From the NCBI GenBank assembly GCA_973895155.1, contig OZ316895.1:10404184-10468183 (forward strand): a DNA stretch of 64,000 nucleotides, written 5' to 3'. Origin of the DNA: Marsupella aquatica (taxonomy: Eukaryota; Plantae; Marchantiophyta). The translations under genes and the position numbers were made by a program. Under the pieces are notes generated by a model. That model was not told where the DNA came from. It saw nothing but the letters and a program-made list of their open reading frames with translations, and did no database searches. Each line of letters starts with the position of its first letter. Positions within the stretch are counted from its first letter, which is position 1. Of the stretch, positions 13,604-27,404 are shown in pieces.

Positions 13604-16380
13604 AATAGCTGACACATACATCTGTCTGCCTCCTTAGTTATAACCGGCTTCTGAGTGTGTTATAGAATCGTCACGACTCACTCTTACTGAAAGCTACCAT
13701 TGTCATCCCTGTGAGAGTCAAGACCACAGTGGCACAGTAAAAGCCTCCAATTTTGCCTTTTTGTGAGTTTCCAAATATACTGGGAACCGATTGTTTCCTA
13801 CGAGTCAGCATAAAATCGCATAGATCTCTGAGAGCTGGAAGGACTGCAGGAAGAAATGTATTATGCTGAACCTTTCTGGTGGAAACCACACCTGTCATAA
13901 GGCGGTTCTGAGTACTTCTCAATAAAACTAGAATCTTTGGGATATTTTTTCACACCTCTATAAGAGGTCCAAGTTTTTGTAATTGGAAGTTCTGGTTTAC
14001 GAGAATTTGGATAATTTCTCTTGGTATTTGTCCCGGGTCAGGTGCATCACTTAGCCTCGGGTGAAAGCAAGACTCTGTACAGCATCTGAGTTTACAAAGG
14101 AGACTGGATGTTAGAGGCGCACTGGTTCCAGAGTTTTGCATCTGGGATGGTATTAGGTTAGTCTATTTTCATCGTTTTGAATCTTGTCCCCCTCGAACAT
14201 AATGTTAAGATGACATGTGGGTTTCTTTCTTCTTTGGGTTAATGGAAAGCATTAATTGATCGGCAGAATGTCAGAGGATACATGAGCATGGTGTCGTCGC
14301 TATTTCATCTTTGTTGGGAATTAGTTTTGCCCCCCAATTGGGCTCTACGGTAGGCTCTATGGGGCTACGAGATCACCAACTTCGCAAATGAGTACTCTCA
14401 TTAGACTGTTCAGTAACTCGTATTCTGCCTTTGCTTCGTCTCTGTACACTACTGAATTGCATATAATTATTAGCAATGATTCAAGGCCTCATTATTTTTA
14501 TAACCTACTGGTCCTACCCAATCGTTGCGTGTGACCAGTCTGTCTACATGTATGGTTGGAAAATGATGTCTGTGTTTCGAGAGTGGGTTGAATGAAGTTC
14601 CAAAAGCAGGGAAGAGGTCAATTTTTTTTTCTTGTCACTCTAGAAGATGAGAGGAACTATAGTGGGAGGTGCTTGCAATCTCTTGGGTGGCTTGTGCAAG
14701 TGCTTGTAAGTCTTGAGAGAGAGGGGAATGAATTGGTAGGGTTTCAAGTGGATTGAATCAATGCGGAGTGCCATGTACAAAGCATCCGTGGATATGCGGG
14801 GTGGCTCTTGCATGCAATAGACCCGATTACAGGTTCCTGAACTCACAGATGCTCTGATTCTTGTCTCCTCTCCATCAGTATTGGGAGATTCTCTGTACTT
14901 GGGATGGTTTTCGAGAGACCTTAATGAATAACGAAGCAACAAATGCAACGTCTTTCCTAACAGAACCAGCCCACTGAAATGATGGATGCTTTCACGCTAG
15001 GCTACTCTTCAACAACACTGGGAGGTTCTTTGTACTTGGGATGAGTGTACAAGATGCTTTTATCAACAAAGCCCAGAACTAATCAATTCTCCTATGACAA
15101 GAAAGCAATGTATTTGTGTTCCACTGTATGACCCCAATCCTAAACTAGATTACAACGTTGGACGTTTTTTACCTGTGGTCGTAGTTTTAATTTGCTATGT
15201 TGTTTTCAGTGAGAAAAATCAAAACCACAAAAAGAAGAAGCAACAGGACAAAACAAAATGCAATGCGGTGGCTAATGCAATGCAGTGCTGAATACTGCAG
15301 CAGCGACAACACAGCAACAACCCGTGGCAAACGCCCCTGCGGTGAGCCCCTGTGGGGAGCCCTCCTATCATGCCTCCGCCAATATTTTGCTCGGGAGGCA
15401 GGCCCGAGGAGCGAGGCCCAATTGAGGCTCGACTATAAGTTAAGCCCAAGGAGCAGGAGGGAGGCAGGCCCAAGGAGCCCCGACGAGGAGCCAGGCCCGA
15501 CTAGCAGGAGCAAGGGAGGAGCACAAGGAGGGAGGGAGGAGTTTCAAATTGCAAGGAGGGAGGAGCGAGGGAGCAGCCAGGCCCCACTCACGATGAGGGA
15601 GAGCTGACTCCCAACGAGGGAGCGCTGCCTGAACTAGCCGCGGCCCCGACTGCAGCCAACAACCGCCTCTCGCCTCCCTCCTGCAGCCCTTCGGTTTGCC
15701 CTCCGTGGCGCTCTGCCTCCCCCCTGGACTCCTTGCCGCCCGACCCTCCGGCCTCCCCTTGCCTTTGCCTGGACTCCTCCCTCCTCCTTGCTTCCCGACC
15801 CTCCGATGTGGTACCTGGACTCGCAGTCCAATGCCCTCGCATTCTGGCCCTTGCGGCACTTGGCCCTACTTTTCTTAACGACTAGCGACGGCCCAAGGAC
15901 GACCTACACACGGGTTTTAGGTCCAGGCATTTTGACCACAAGTTTCAGGTCCAGATGCTTGCTTTAATTCTAACAGGCTTCATGAAACCGAGCCATCCCT
16001 GGACCTAAGTGAACTCATCCCTATGGTTTCAACTCCCCGCTGAGCATCCGCCTTGCCGTGATCACTTGCCACCCCATTTAGAAGTCAAAAATGCATGGGT
16101 TTGGGGCCAAAATATTGGGACAAAATGTGGTCAGGGGGTGGTAGGTCCCCAAAAGTATATATGAGGGGACCATCTCCTCTCAAACATCCAGAGTTGCAAA
16201 CCACACCACCACCCCAAGGGGACATGGTGTTGTCGAGTAAGGAGCTGAGTAAACTTGGATAAGGTTACCAAAGGGGTTCCATGGAAGGGGTAGGAAGAAG
16301 GTTTGTTGAAAAGTGGGCCGAGCAGTGCCGTTGCTCCAAGGGGTCTCGACATTGGGCGGCTGAAGTCCTGTAAGCGGCCA

Positions 16381-16677
16381 CTCGGGGGTCTCACTATGTG
16401 GATGCCTCCTCCATCACCTGAGACGTTTTTAGGCCTCAGACCCCCTAAAATGTAAGAATAAAAAAATAAATTTAACCCTTATAAAGTTGGAATACTCTTG
16501 GAATATTCCCAAAATTTGGTTAGAAAGACCCTTATGTTCTTATAAGTCTCAAAATTGAATTTAAAAGACCCTATTGTTCTTCTGAGAAAATTCTCAAGTC
16601 TTCCCTTCGAACCAATAAAACGACCCTATACTTCGGCCCACGTGATGTGACATTTTTGTGGAAGTGAAACCCTTGAG
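16381..16677 (+). mobile_element. ~290-bp MITE (non-autonomous DNA transposon), copy 1
   Basis: TIRs CTCGGGGGTCTCAC...GTGAAACCCTTGAG; perfect 8-bp TSD AGCGGCCA (16373-16380 and 16678-16685); homologous to three other copies in the window. Confidence 0.9.
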
Positions 16678-16921
16678 AGCGGCCATGGCAACTTTAGTTT
16701 AAAAGCTTAAAGTAACCAAAACTTTGGGTTCCCATTGGGGTTTCAGGATGCAAGGGGTAGGAAAAAGGACTGTTGAAAAGTAGGCCAAGCCATTCCGATT
16801 CTCCAAGGGGCCAAAGCTCAGACCCCTTGGAATGGGGCATGTAATTTTGAATGACTAAATTGAGCTTGGAATGGGGCATGTAAATTTGAATGACTAACAA
16901 TATATGTGCATTGGATGTAGA

Positions 16922-17207
16922 CTTGGGGGTCTCACTATATGGAGGCCTCTCCATCACATGTGACGGTTTTAGGTCTCAAGCCCCCTAAAATGTAAGAAAA
17001 AATATTAATTTTTCTACCCCTATAAAGTTAGAATATTCCAAAATTTTCATTAGAAGGACCCTAATGTTCTTATAAGTCTCAAAAATGGATTTAAAAGACC
17101 TTACTGTTCTTTTGAGAAAATTAGCAAGTCTTCCCTTTGAACCAATAAAATGACCCTATCCTTCGTCGCATGTGATGTGCCATTTTTGTGGAAGTCAAAC
17201 CCCCGAG
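16922..17207 (+). mobile_element. ~290-bp MITE, copy 2
   Basis: TIRs CTTGGGGGTCTCAC...GTCAAACCCCCGAG; 8-bp TSD GATGTAGA/GATGCAGA (1 mismatch). Confidence 0.88.
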
Positions 17208-17589
17208 GATGCAGACAACGGATGGATGAGACTATGGAATAGGCTATGGAGTAATTAGGGGGTTCTTTTGCTGAGGGGACGGTCGCCAACATGCCTCCTC
17301 ACGACCAGGTATTGGCGGCTTGAGGTGAGGGGTACGCCAAAAACAAAGACTCCATAAATCAAAGGCGTCGGGAGAGGTGAGCTCAACATTAGCAACAACA
17401 AAATGGGGTGCCTGGGAATAATGGAGGGGCTGCCAGGGCCCCAATTGATGGGGTTTGGGGATAAGTGAGCGCTCAACCAAACTTGGTTGGGCACGCCAAG
17501 AGTGGGAGACAACTTCATCATGAGGCCAGGCTTGGGGTCAAGGGCAAGCATTGAAATGACCTCGTGCCATTTCCAATAGTTGTGTCGGT

Positions 17590-18698
17590 GATCCAAGCAC
17601 ATTGGTCCTTCAACCCATGGCTCCCTGTGACCCACATGTATTTTATGAAGGATGGCTCATTAAAGGTGCTTTGGATGAAAGTGGGATTGATCATCCTCCA
17701 TTGGAGTTACCTACCAACACATCCTATGAGGCAGCATCACATGTTCAGCCGAAACCTTGCCTAAGCTATGATGAGGAGTGGCTTATCACCGAGGCACTAG
17801 ATGATGGGGGTATTGAATGTCCTTTGGCCCTCACTCCGAGTAAAAGAAGTGACCCCCCTGCGATCGAGACCCATTCCCTCTTACCCCTTGTTATTTCCAT
17901 TTTTCTATAAAAGTTCCCTTGTTACCAGTAATAATTAGAATTATTAGTTTCAAATGAATAAAATAATCCCTCTGAGCGTTCACACGTCCTCCTATATTAG
18001 TTAACACTGAGAGCCCAGGGAATGTCCTCCTGCAAGAACCAGTGCACCCAGTGCACTCAAGCTCATTTGTTTGATGAGGAGTGGCTCGAGGAGTGGCTCG
18101 GTTTGATGAACAAGAATTATAAGACAGTGAGGAAGATTATCTCAACGATGGGGATGGTGAATTCAACACTTTTGTCAAGGGTACCTTGGAGTGTCAAAAG
18201 GAGAAAGGGAACCGGATGTAGTGCCCGATGTTGCGTCTGACGTGGAGAGTTTGGCAGTTGCACTAGTCACACTTGTGCTGTGGAGCGAAGAAGAAATAGC
18301 GCGACAAAGACGGAGGGCACAACAAATGAGTCGTCTTCCCAAGGCACGAAGGGCATTGGATCCTCACTTGGCCCGACATTGTTTGGTGCGTATGGACGTG
18401 GTTTGCTGCACATGTGGGGCACTTCATTGGCTCAAGGAATGCAAAAAGGGCACCAAAAACAGTCCCATTTTTAGTGTCCGTTGCATATTTTTTCTCAACA
18501 ACCTCTTGGCCAACATGACATCTTGGCCGACACGACATCTTTTTTCTCAACGATGTCTTGGATGACACGATATTTTTTTTCTCAACGATGTCTTGGCCGA
18601 CACTACATTTTTTTTCTCGTCGACCTCTTGACATCTTTCTTCTCAACTACATCTTGGTCTACATTACATCTTTTGTGCAATGCCCTGGATTGAGCTAG
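17590..18698 (+). mobile_element. Degenerate Helitron (Rep/helicase N-terminal Cys motif and 3' end)
   Basis: ORF 18191-18565 contains RHCLVRMDVVCCTCGALHWLKE...SPIFSVRC, resembling the Helitron N-terminal motif RHxLGxMxxxCxxCxALHWxxE...FxxCC. It ends in a decayed GTGCAA..GC hairpin-like motif followed by CTAG|T at 18695-18699. The left boundary is approximate. Confidence 0.65.
18480..18672. repeat. Minisatellite, ~35-bp unit (TTTTTCTCAACGATGTCTTGGCCGACACGACA-like), ~5 copies
   Basis: Read directly from the sequence; lies inside the Helitron remnant. Confidence 0.75.
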
Positions 18699-19693
18699 TC
18701 AAATAGAATGGGATACGTAGTGCAACGTCCGTCTAGAATGAGATTTTTTCATTCCAGAAAGACAGTTTCGTGAGAAGTGGAAGCTCGGATGTTTGGGTCA
18801 TGTCTTTAGTCAAGTTCATTCTCTCGATCATTCTCTGTCATGTTCAGCAATGCATCGAAGTCACAGGCTGATACTTGTATAATTCATCGAGCTGTAGGTC
18901 AATGGCGTAGGTTGTTTGCGTACGGGATAGGATCCTCCCATTGATTTTTGGGCCTTGAGCAATCCCTTTGCATTCCGTTCAGTAAGACAGAATACAAGAT
19001 TTGTAGGACTTTACTGAAGCCATTCGTTGTGGAATTTATGGCATTCGGCAATGGAATTCACGAATCTGTAACCTACACAAGTCTGAAGAAATAATTTTCT
19101 CAGGTTGAAATTGAAGACACTTTTGAAAATGTATTCAATTCTGCCGATGGAACTCATGCAGAAAGTCCGATCTAGCGTTCTGACGTAGCATCTGTGTACT
19201 GTAGAAGTTCGACGCCGAGCACATTTGAATAATTTTGTTGAGCAATCTGCTCTCAAGCAGTTCGGCACTTCGGCTGCTTGCATGCCTGCCTGTGCACGCG
19301 AAGCCACCCTTTCAGCAGCGCCGGTGTGTGCCGCATTCTTCCACTTACTGTGTGTGAGATAATCATACAACCTTTGCAGCACAATCGAACCCATCTCGTA
19401 GAGCAACGCCTGATTGAAATACTCCTTGTCTGGGCAATACTCTATGAGCCAAGTTGCATGTGGGCGGCTTTAGTTTTCGGGCACTCAATTTCACACAGAT
19501 GGCAGTAAAAATGTAGTCTGAGAATTTTGTGGAGAAATCTCCTCGCCAATTTCACAGATGGCAGTAAAGTATTGACTGAGAATTTTGTGGATAAACCTCC
19601 TTGTCACGCATAGCTCATGGCATACAAGTGGTCAACCAAAGGCAAGAAACTGAGATATATCCCTTGAAGTCATAACTAAACAGAAACCAGGGA

Positions 19694-19885
19694 AAACAAG
19701 AGGGATAGCAAGAGCGATTGTGCGACAAAACAGTCAGAACAAGAGGGACAGCAAGAGAAATCGTGCAGCTCAAGCCGAGGGATAGCAAGAGAGCTTGTGC
19801 GACAAAACCACTCAAAACAAGAGGCACAGCAAGAGGGAGTGTGCAGCTCACGCCGAGGGACAGCAAGAGAGATTGTGTGGCTCAC
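19694..19885. repeat. Imperfect tandem repeat built from GAGGGA(C/T)AGCAAGAG subunits
   Basis: Five GAGG(G/C)A(C/T)AGCAAGAG motifs alternate with GTGCGACAAAAC and GTGCAGCTCA. Confidence 0.75.
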
Positions 19886-20739
19886 ACTTAGTTAGCAAGA
19901 TCACAGATACTCTTGAGAATCTAGATCTTAGGGAGTGCAAAGAGTGGATAATTTAGATGCCACATGCAAGTTAGCTCCAAGCCACTCAGCGCAAACAACA
20001 ACGCAATGATGGTGTACCGCGTCACCAACAAAATCAAGATCATTCTGCACCGCGACTTCCCTGGAGACCTACCGTAGACGTGCGACCTATAATAGAGATA
20101 GGCCTAACAGTAAAGAGAAGATTGCGGCGTAGTAAAGATGTCTGTTGCCGTATCATCAGATCTGTATCTCTGTACTTCTCTAAGTGACTGCTTAATTTAT
20201 TAATTTTGTCGCTCTAGAGCAGTTCTTCAATCAATCAATCTCGTTGGTTTCAACTTCGTAGCTCAGTGTCACCAGACAGGAATCCTTCCGCTTCCGTGAC
20301 GTTTGCAGTTTGTCGTTGATTCTTCATCCCCATTCCATTTGCATCATAAATTTACAAGAGTCCCCGACTTTGCCAATTGGAGGAGCGTGACACCTGACCT
20401 TGAGATTATTCCTCATATAGCCTTTCCTTCAACGCAGTACCGGAGAACTGTACCGGTGAACTGTACCGGGATACCGGTAACTGCAGTCCTGATCGTACAT
20501 GTACGAACGTTGACGCGAACGTCATGCACAGAAAAGTATAGAACCGTATACCGTAATATGTACGTTTTAGGTTATAGTACGATTGACGTTTCAGATTCTC
20601 ATAGTCTGTTTCCACTGGGTTATAACCATGTGGAGCTGATCTCACATGACCAGCAATTATTTAGCTGAGCACGAATCAGATCTGGGCTAGAATTTCTCGA
20701 GCATGTGCGCAATCAGCGAAGCATAGGCCCTCTGCTAAT

Positions 20740-21105
20740 CTTACCTGAACATCTGTCGTTGAGCATCAGTTCTTGGCTATAATTAATCGATTATGAGCGC
20801 ACTACTAATCTTACCTAACAATTTTCGTTAATTAAAAAAGACCACTTGACTAAATGTGTTGGGTCCTTGTGTGTGGCCTGTGACCTATTTGGGGTCAGGC
20901 CTGTTTACTCCCTGAATTATTGGGTTTTACTTGTCATGTAAGTAAAGTATTCCCTTCAGCATCGAAAAAAAACCATCTGTCTTTGAGCATCAGCCATTGG
21001 CTAGAATTAATTGGGGATGGGCCATTACTAATGTACCTGAACATCCGTCGTTGAGCATTGGTGGTTGGCTAGAATTAATCGAGCATAGGCGCAGTACTAT
21101 AATTA
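20740..21105. repeat. Three ~65-bp copies (CATC(T/C)GTC(G/T)TTGAGCAT...TTGGCTA(G/T)AATTAAT)
   Basis: Copies at ~20740-20815, ~20975-21035 and ~21035-21100. Confidence 0.7.
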
Positions 21106-22059
21106 AGTGAAAGTCTATCTTGAGCAAGGGCTCTTCGCTTATTGGTCGAGGATGGGTCCAATTATCCAAGTTTGGGTCGACTATGAAAATTACCTGAAGT
21201 CTCTTGTTGAGCACATATGTGTCCAGATGGATATATCTAGTCTCTTATATATATATAGTAAATTTCCTCTTAGAGGGCATTATGGAATATTTTGCCGTGA
21301 AAAATGAGAGCTTCAGCTCAAGGGACCCGTATTGTTCCCTAAACAGGAACTTACTACACTTAAACCACAGCTGGCTTCAAAGAGCACTAGGTACACATAC
21401 GAGATACCGATGCACAGGATCCATATTTCACTATTACCAGTAATTTTGCCCCAAAATTATGGAGCATATTTGCACCTTAAAGGAAAGAAGTGCATGAAAT
21501 TATGGGTAAAGGGGACAAGTCTTGGACACTTCCAGGTTATATATAGGCAATTGTGGTTTAAAGCCTTGAGAACAATTTAATTTCTCTAAATTGAGTATAA
21601 GTAGAGTAAGGTTTTCCTAAAGAGGTGATTGGGACCTTGACTGGGGCATTCTGGGGCATTTTGCCCCCATAATACCCTGAAAAATGCAAAGTGAAATTTC
21701 ACAAAAGGCACTAAGTGTCACTTATTCCTACTTAGATAAGATTTGTCAAGGTGACTAATATTTTACTTTGTGTCAAACAGGGAAAGTGAATTTATGACAT
21801 TTAGACTAAGAAATATTCTGAGCATTTCCTGCTCTCATGATTCATAGACACAAAGCATGGATGGACTAATTCAGATATTTTTTAGTAGGATGTGGGGGTC
21901 ATCCAGAGCATATGCACAAATCTCATTTCCCACCAAGCTTAGCTTTGGTCAGAGAGGAGACAGTAAGAAAGTTTTTATATAAACTTTACAGACTCCTTTT
22001 GAAGTTAGATTCTCCTAGATTTCAAGAGAGTAATCAGCTTATGGTTGTTGAAGTCGGAC

Positions 22060-22300
22060 GCTAATGGGACCTTAATGTAAACATCTTTGTCAACTTTTGC
22101 CACAACTAGCAATATCTTTTGGAAACAGTTGTCCACTAAAGCAACCGCTGCAATGCTGATGGGACTTGGTAAAAGTTTAACAAATATTTACCTCTAAAAA
22201 AACCGGTGCAATGCTAATGCGACCTGGAAAATATAATATTTGCCGAAACTAGCAAACGTTTTGCGCAAAAGTTGCCCCATTAAAGAACGCTGCAGTGGTA
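22060..22300. repeat. Degenerate tandem repeat (TGCAATGCT(A/G)ATG(G/C)GAC...TTTGCC..AACTAGCAA)
   Basis: The motifs recur 2-3 times at ~60-100 bp spacing. Confidence 0.5.
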
Positions 22301-23250
22301 CCCCCATGGAACCTAGACGGCATATTTTGTAAACTGGATTGCGTTACGTCGCTTTGGTCATAGTCGTGGTCATGAGGGAGGGTCAAGGATGAACACTACA
22401 AATAATAAGTTGGCGGTCATTGTTTCGTTGTGATACGGACGAAAAGAATTCGAAAGGAAGGACTCAAATACACCTACTGAGGTGCTGCACATGTGGGGAG
22501 TGGCTTGATGTGTCATTTTGTTATCATTACATGAACAATTTCGTGTAAGTGTTCGCTAGTCATACTGAGGAATGCACATGTTCATGTGGACAGGTAACGG
22601 AGATTCTGTTAAAATCTAGACCTTAGAATAGGGTAGACATTAAAAGGTGAACGGTAAACTCTAGGCTCAACTTAGAGTATTAAATGCTAATTTAATATAA
22701 CTTAAACATAAGGATAAAAATAATATATTCTAACAAGGAGTTGGTAAGATAAAAAAAATAGACCTCAAGAGGGAGTTTAGAAACATGAAATGAAAACACT
22801 AAGAAGGGGGGGGGCGGGAATCTCAAAGTCAAATAATACATAAGATGCACCTTGTTTAAGGCAAATTGAAATAAAAATACATATCAAAAACCTCAGTAAG
22901 ACAAAGTAACCTGAGTAAGCTCTCAGACAAGGTAACTAGCATGTGAGGGGCCCTATGTCTTCTGGGCCCCTTTTTGTGCACATGGCATAAAAATATTGAC
23001 TCAGAATATCGTGGATAATCCTCTTCGTCAGGCAGGGCTTATGCCATAAAAAAATGGACAATCCAAAGCTGGCCGTTTGCAGATTTTGACAACACTTGTC
23101 CTGCCATGGGTTTTGTTGGCTGAACTATGTTCAGCTATGTGATGGGGGCCCCCCAAAAGCCCCCAAGATCCTTTTGTCAAACATATATACTGACTGCAAT
23201 ACTGGATTTCCCTTGTTCTAATGAGACCAAAACAAAATACAATAACTAAT

Positions 23251-23507
23251 TGGCTTAGGTCAATTGGCTAGGGGATTTGCCTGGAACTGAGAGGTCCCAG
23301 GTTCAATCCCCCCTCCATACACTGGGGTGTGGAGGGTATTTGTGTGTGGGTGGGATGGGTTTTGTGGGTAGTGGATTGGAGTTCTGATTATCTGCTCGGC
23401 CCCTGGTCGTCCACTTTGTGGCCCTGATTTAATCCTCTCTCCTTCCTGGTGCGGGTCCCTATCGGATCCGTTGGGGCTCACCCTGGTCTGGGTTCCCTAC
23501 AGAAAAA
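23251..23507 (+). mobile_element. tRNA-derived SINE-like element (family A)
   Basis: Pol III A-box-like TAGGTCAATTGG (23256-23267), B-box GGTTCAATCC (23300-23309) and a short A-tail. The body is repeated at ~31411-31612. Confidence 0.65.
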
Positions 23508-23660
23508 CTGTCACATTTGGATGGGGGGAGTCTAATTGTATTTCCTCCCCATTTCCGTTCAAGACAAAAATAAAAATAAAAAATACAATAATGTATTTCA
23601 TATAGTATTTTTATTCAGACAAAATCATAATGGCTTACGTAGACAGAAGAAAGAGATGAA

Positions 23661-23916
23661 GGGAACATTTAATGATTTGTCTTTTGTGTTTATTTCATTT
23701 TTTGTTGTGTTTTTTCCCACTTTATTCAGCTTAATGTGACCAAGGGGACTCACGGGCCTGGTTTTATGTGCACTGAACTTTGAGGAGAGGGGAACATTTA
23801 ATGATTTGTCTTTTGTCTTTATTTAATTTTTAAAGTTTTTTTCCACTTCGTTCAGCCTAATGTGACCAAACCCCCTTTGGTCACGGGCCTGGTTTTATGT
23901 CCACTGAAGTTTGAGG
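23661..23916. repeat. Tandem direct duplication, 2 x ~130 bp
   Basis: GGGAACATTTAATGATTTGTCTTTTGT...TCACGGGCCTGGTTTTATGT.CACTGAA.TTTGAGG occurs twice. Confidence 0.85.
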
Positions 23917-24214
23917 TTGGGAGGCCAACGGTGGTCAACCTTCTGGCCCTTGCCCTTACAACTCCTGAGTTTTGGCAATCAGGCCTGGCATGGGAGGGGG
24001 TTTTAGAGCACTATTGTCTTAGTTCGTTTGAGCCTTTGAGGGCCTCTCACATGATTCATGGAGATTTCCTTCTACAAATCACAAGTTTCGCATTAAACGG
24101 TGTCGCGTTGAGCCTCCTCCGTTAGCCGGTAGCTGCTGGTAGCCGGTATTTGCCTGCAGACTAAAATCAAATATGTAAAGAATGCGCTTCTGTGCATCGG
24201 CAGTCCATGGGCTA

Positions 24215-24392
24215 CCGGTTAACTCAGAAGAGTGGGAACTCTCAGGTGTTGGGTTCGAATCTCACTATGAGCTTTTTAACATTCACCCGCCCCAAAAGTG
24301 GGGTTCAGACGCCTCTTATTACAGTCATAAGTTGAGTTTGATTCAAAAAGAGCTTACACACATAATCCCCCAAAAGTGGGGTTCAGACACTT
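24215..24392 (+). mobile_element. SINE-like element (family B) with duplicated tail
   Basis: B-box GGTTCGAATC followed by GCTTTTTAAC...CCCAAAAGTGGGGTTCAGAC. The tail occurs twice here and again at ~32840-32860. Confidence 0.5.
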
Positions 24393-27300
24393 CTAGTAAC
24401 ACACAAACTCTTTTTGATTCTAGATGGGAACTGGCTGTTCCAGTTTCCGGTCAATAATCACTACAATCCAAAGGAGCTACAGAACAGTCTTAAATACTGA
24501 ACACGTTACTCGTAGAAGTGAGTTCATGGAGACGGTCCTTGGAAAGTCATTAATGGCTTTCGGATGCCTGCTACTCCTCCCCTTCCCAGAAAAAACTTCA
24601 AAGTCAACATAAGGAAGACCAGCCCCTGGAAAGTCATTAATGGCTTTGGGAAGTTTGCTGCTTGTCCAGTGTCCACTACCTGGAAAAAATTGAAAGTTAT
24701 CATATGTCTTTTGAAGTGTAACAAGCTTGATCTAAACCCCACTTTATGGCAGGTTTGTGTAAAAGGCATGATGCCTCCAGGGGGCTTAGGACACTACCCC
24801 TCCAATATGGGGTCTCACATATAGGACCGGGAGAGGTCTTCCCGAGAGAACACACTTGTCCGTGCAGAGTGTCTCAGGAAAGTTTGACGGAACCTGGTTT
24901 TTTGTGACTCAATTTCTTTAGGCCCATGATATGTGACTTCTGGCCCAAGGATCAGGCTGTGGCCAAAGTTTCATGGATATCAATAGTGCTCAATTCTGAA
25001 ATGGCCTGTATGCATTGCAATTTTGAATGGTAACCAAGAATGCGTCACGCCAAGACCTCTGGCATTTTACTCATCAAATTTGAAACTGAGCTCCAACTAG
25101 ACTAAAAGCAAAGGTTGAAGGATCTGCCACTTCTAAAGGAAGCTTGGCAGCAATGTGCACCCGCAGAGCATGAAAGGGAGAAAACACTTTTCAGAAAGGA
25201 CCTGATTGGCGACAAAAATCAGTGGAAGAAAGATTAAATTGAACAGACAGACGCAAGGCACAATCTGAAGCATCAAAGAAGGACATGTTAGATAGGATTC
25301 ATAAAATCAAGCTTGAGCAGTTTAGTGCAACACAAACTAAGAAGTGTATGCGGATGGACCAACAACCCCCCCAGCAACACCAAATGATGATGACGCAAAT
25401 GATCCACAGCGAGTACACAGCTCATGTTACAGTTGTTCAAGAGCAAATTACAGGGGGGAAACCGGAGAATGATGAAGATGGTTGAATGTAGCTTGCCCAC
25501 CAAATCAGGACCGCCTGTAGATCACAAAGACCAAGAGTACATGGAAGAAAGATTGCGCATTGATGTGTAAAGTCCATTCTTTTTAGAGAAATAGATCATT
25601 TGTGTTCACTAAATACCACACAATTGTAGTTCCAAAATTTTCAATGAAGATTCTGGGAAGTTTTTAAAAAGTGTATGTGTGGATGTTGCCCAGTGACACA
25701 CCCACATAAATTTCATGTTTAATAATTGCAATTTGCATTTCTGGAGGTCATTTCATGTACAATTAAGTGTCTTAGAGTCCAGCAGTACATTTTTTGTTAT
25801 GCACACCTGTAATGCTGGAGGGAAGTTGTGATGTGGCCTCTACCCATACTTCATTGACTTCAGAGAGACAGGTCCACTCTCCCATATCTTCCCCCCAAAA
25901 AACAAGCCAAGGGGTCCACAGCAAAAAAGCGTCAATGAAGGAAAAATTGAAGACAAAAAAAGTAACTTACAAAGGAGCCATGAAGGCTAACAGCCTACTA
26001 GTGGAGAACTGAAAAGCCTGGTAAAACTTTGGAGTAAAGTCTTGCCTGAACTTTCATAAGGTGAACCAATGGTTTTAAGTGCTCTCCAGGTGCAATGTTT
26101 CAAAAGTTGATTTTTGCAAATTAATAGAGTGGGACTTAAACAACTCTTTGACATCATTTTGCCAAAGTTTTTTTGGGAAATCATGTCAGACTTGAGCATT
26201 TCCTTGGTGTTATATTTGTGAAAATTACATGTGAGCACTTATGTAGAGTATTTCAGGCAATTTACACAATGTCACTTAAACGTCCACTTTAATTCTTTAG
26301 CTTTAGTACACAAGACATTAATTGAATTCACAAGGCATCAATTGAATTCATAAAAAATGAGCATAGAGCATGCACATAGTAACAGATGTAAAAGCAGTTA
26401 AATGACCTTGAAAATTTGAGCTCAATGTTGGTGCAACAATCACAAAATTAGCTACCAAAATCATACCTCAATTCACTTCTCTACTTTTACTCAAAGTGAC
26501 ACTCAAAAAATTGACTTTGCGTGTCACACCCCGTAGTACTTCAAAATAAGGATAAAATGAACAGGGAAGTGACAGGGTCCAAGTACTATATATATATTAT
26601 GTTGGTATTTTCAAACAAAAATACATGGAAGAATACTTCCAAAGAGTACACCTCATTGACTGACATACATAGCTGTACCTAAGATGTTAGAATTAGAAAA
26701 GAGTAAAAATAATCACACAAGTCATGAAGGGTGGCAGGGACTCAGGAAGTATATCTGAAAAGCGAGGGGCTTGTCAGGGATATGTTAACCTAAAGGGTCC
26801 CATCAAGCCTTTTGCTGGATTATCTACATGCGAGTTGGCCGTCCACTAGAACCACCAGGGCCCACTATATTTGAGACCCCTAATTGACCACTTAAGTGAT
26901 CTACTCTACCACTATGCGAGAGACTCCTGAATGAAATTCAGCCTCATTCTTGGTTTTTAACCTTTGGTTTTTGCGCACACTTCGGGCAGTGGCGCGCGGG
27001 CAGCGGGAGGGTATGGAGGGTATGGAGGAACAGCGGGACTGCGGGAAGGGCAGGATGGCTACGGGGACACGTTTTACAGGGACACGCAGCACTGAATCTC
27101 ACATGCGAGTGGACTCAAAAACTATAAATGCTGTGCGAGTGCAGTCTAAGGTGCACATTATTATGTTTTCGGAAAGTTGGTCTCGAGTTCTCCAGCACTA
27201 CTAATTAGACCCACTGAATAACCAAATCATACTTCGCGCATTCTCGTCGTTCAAACTCTTCGGTTTGGACGAGCGATAAAGGTTTTACTCGTCGGTTCGG

Positions 27301-27404
27301 AGCGAGCGATAAAGTTTTTGTTTAAGACTTGTGTGTGTGCGAGTGCTGTCTTACCGCTCTCTCTTGCGCGCGAGGAAGTAGTGTGTGTTGCTGAAGTCGG
27401 AACA

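Noticed and set aside
15197-15878. Overlapping GC-rich ORFs on both strands
   Set aside because: Low-complexity GGAG/CCTC sequence with no recognisable domain; probably repeat-derived.
18720-19450. Minus-strand coding-like stretch (ORF 19011-19406)
   Set aside because: Frames are broken and no motif could be assigned.
18480-21105. Tandem arrays as CRISPR-like structures
   Set aside because: Eukaryotic context, degenerate units, no unique constant-length spacers and no cas genes.
24990-26500. Possible decayed transposase
   Set aside because: Only short interrupted frames, with no diagnostic residues.
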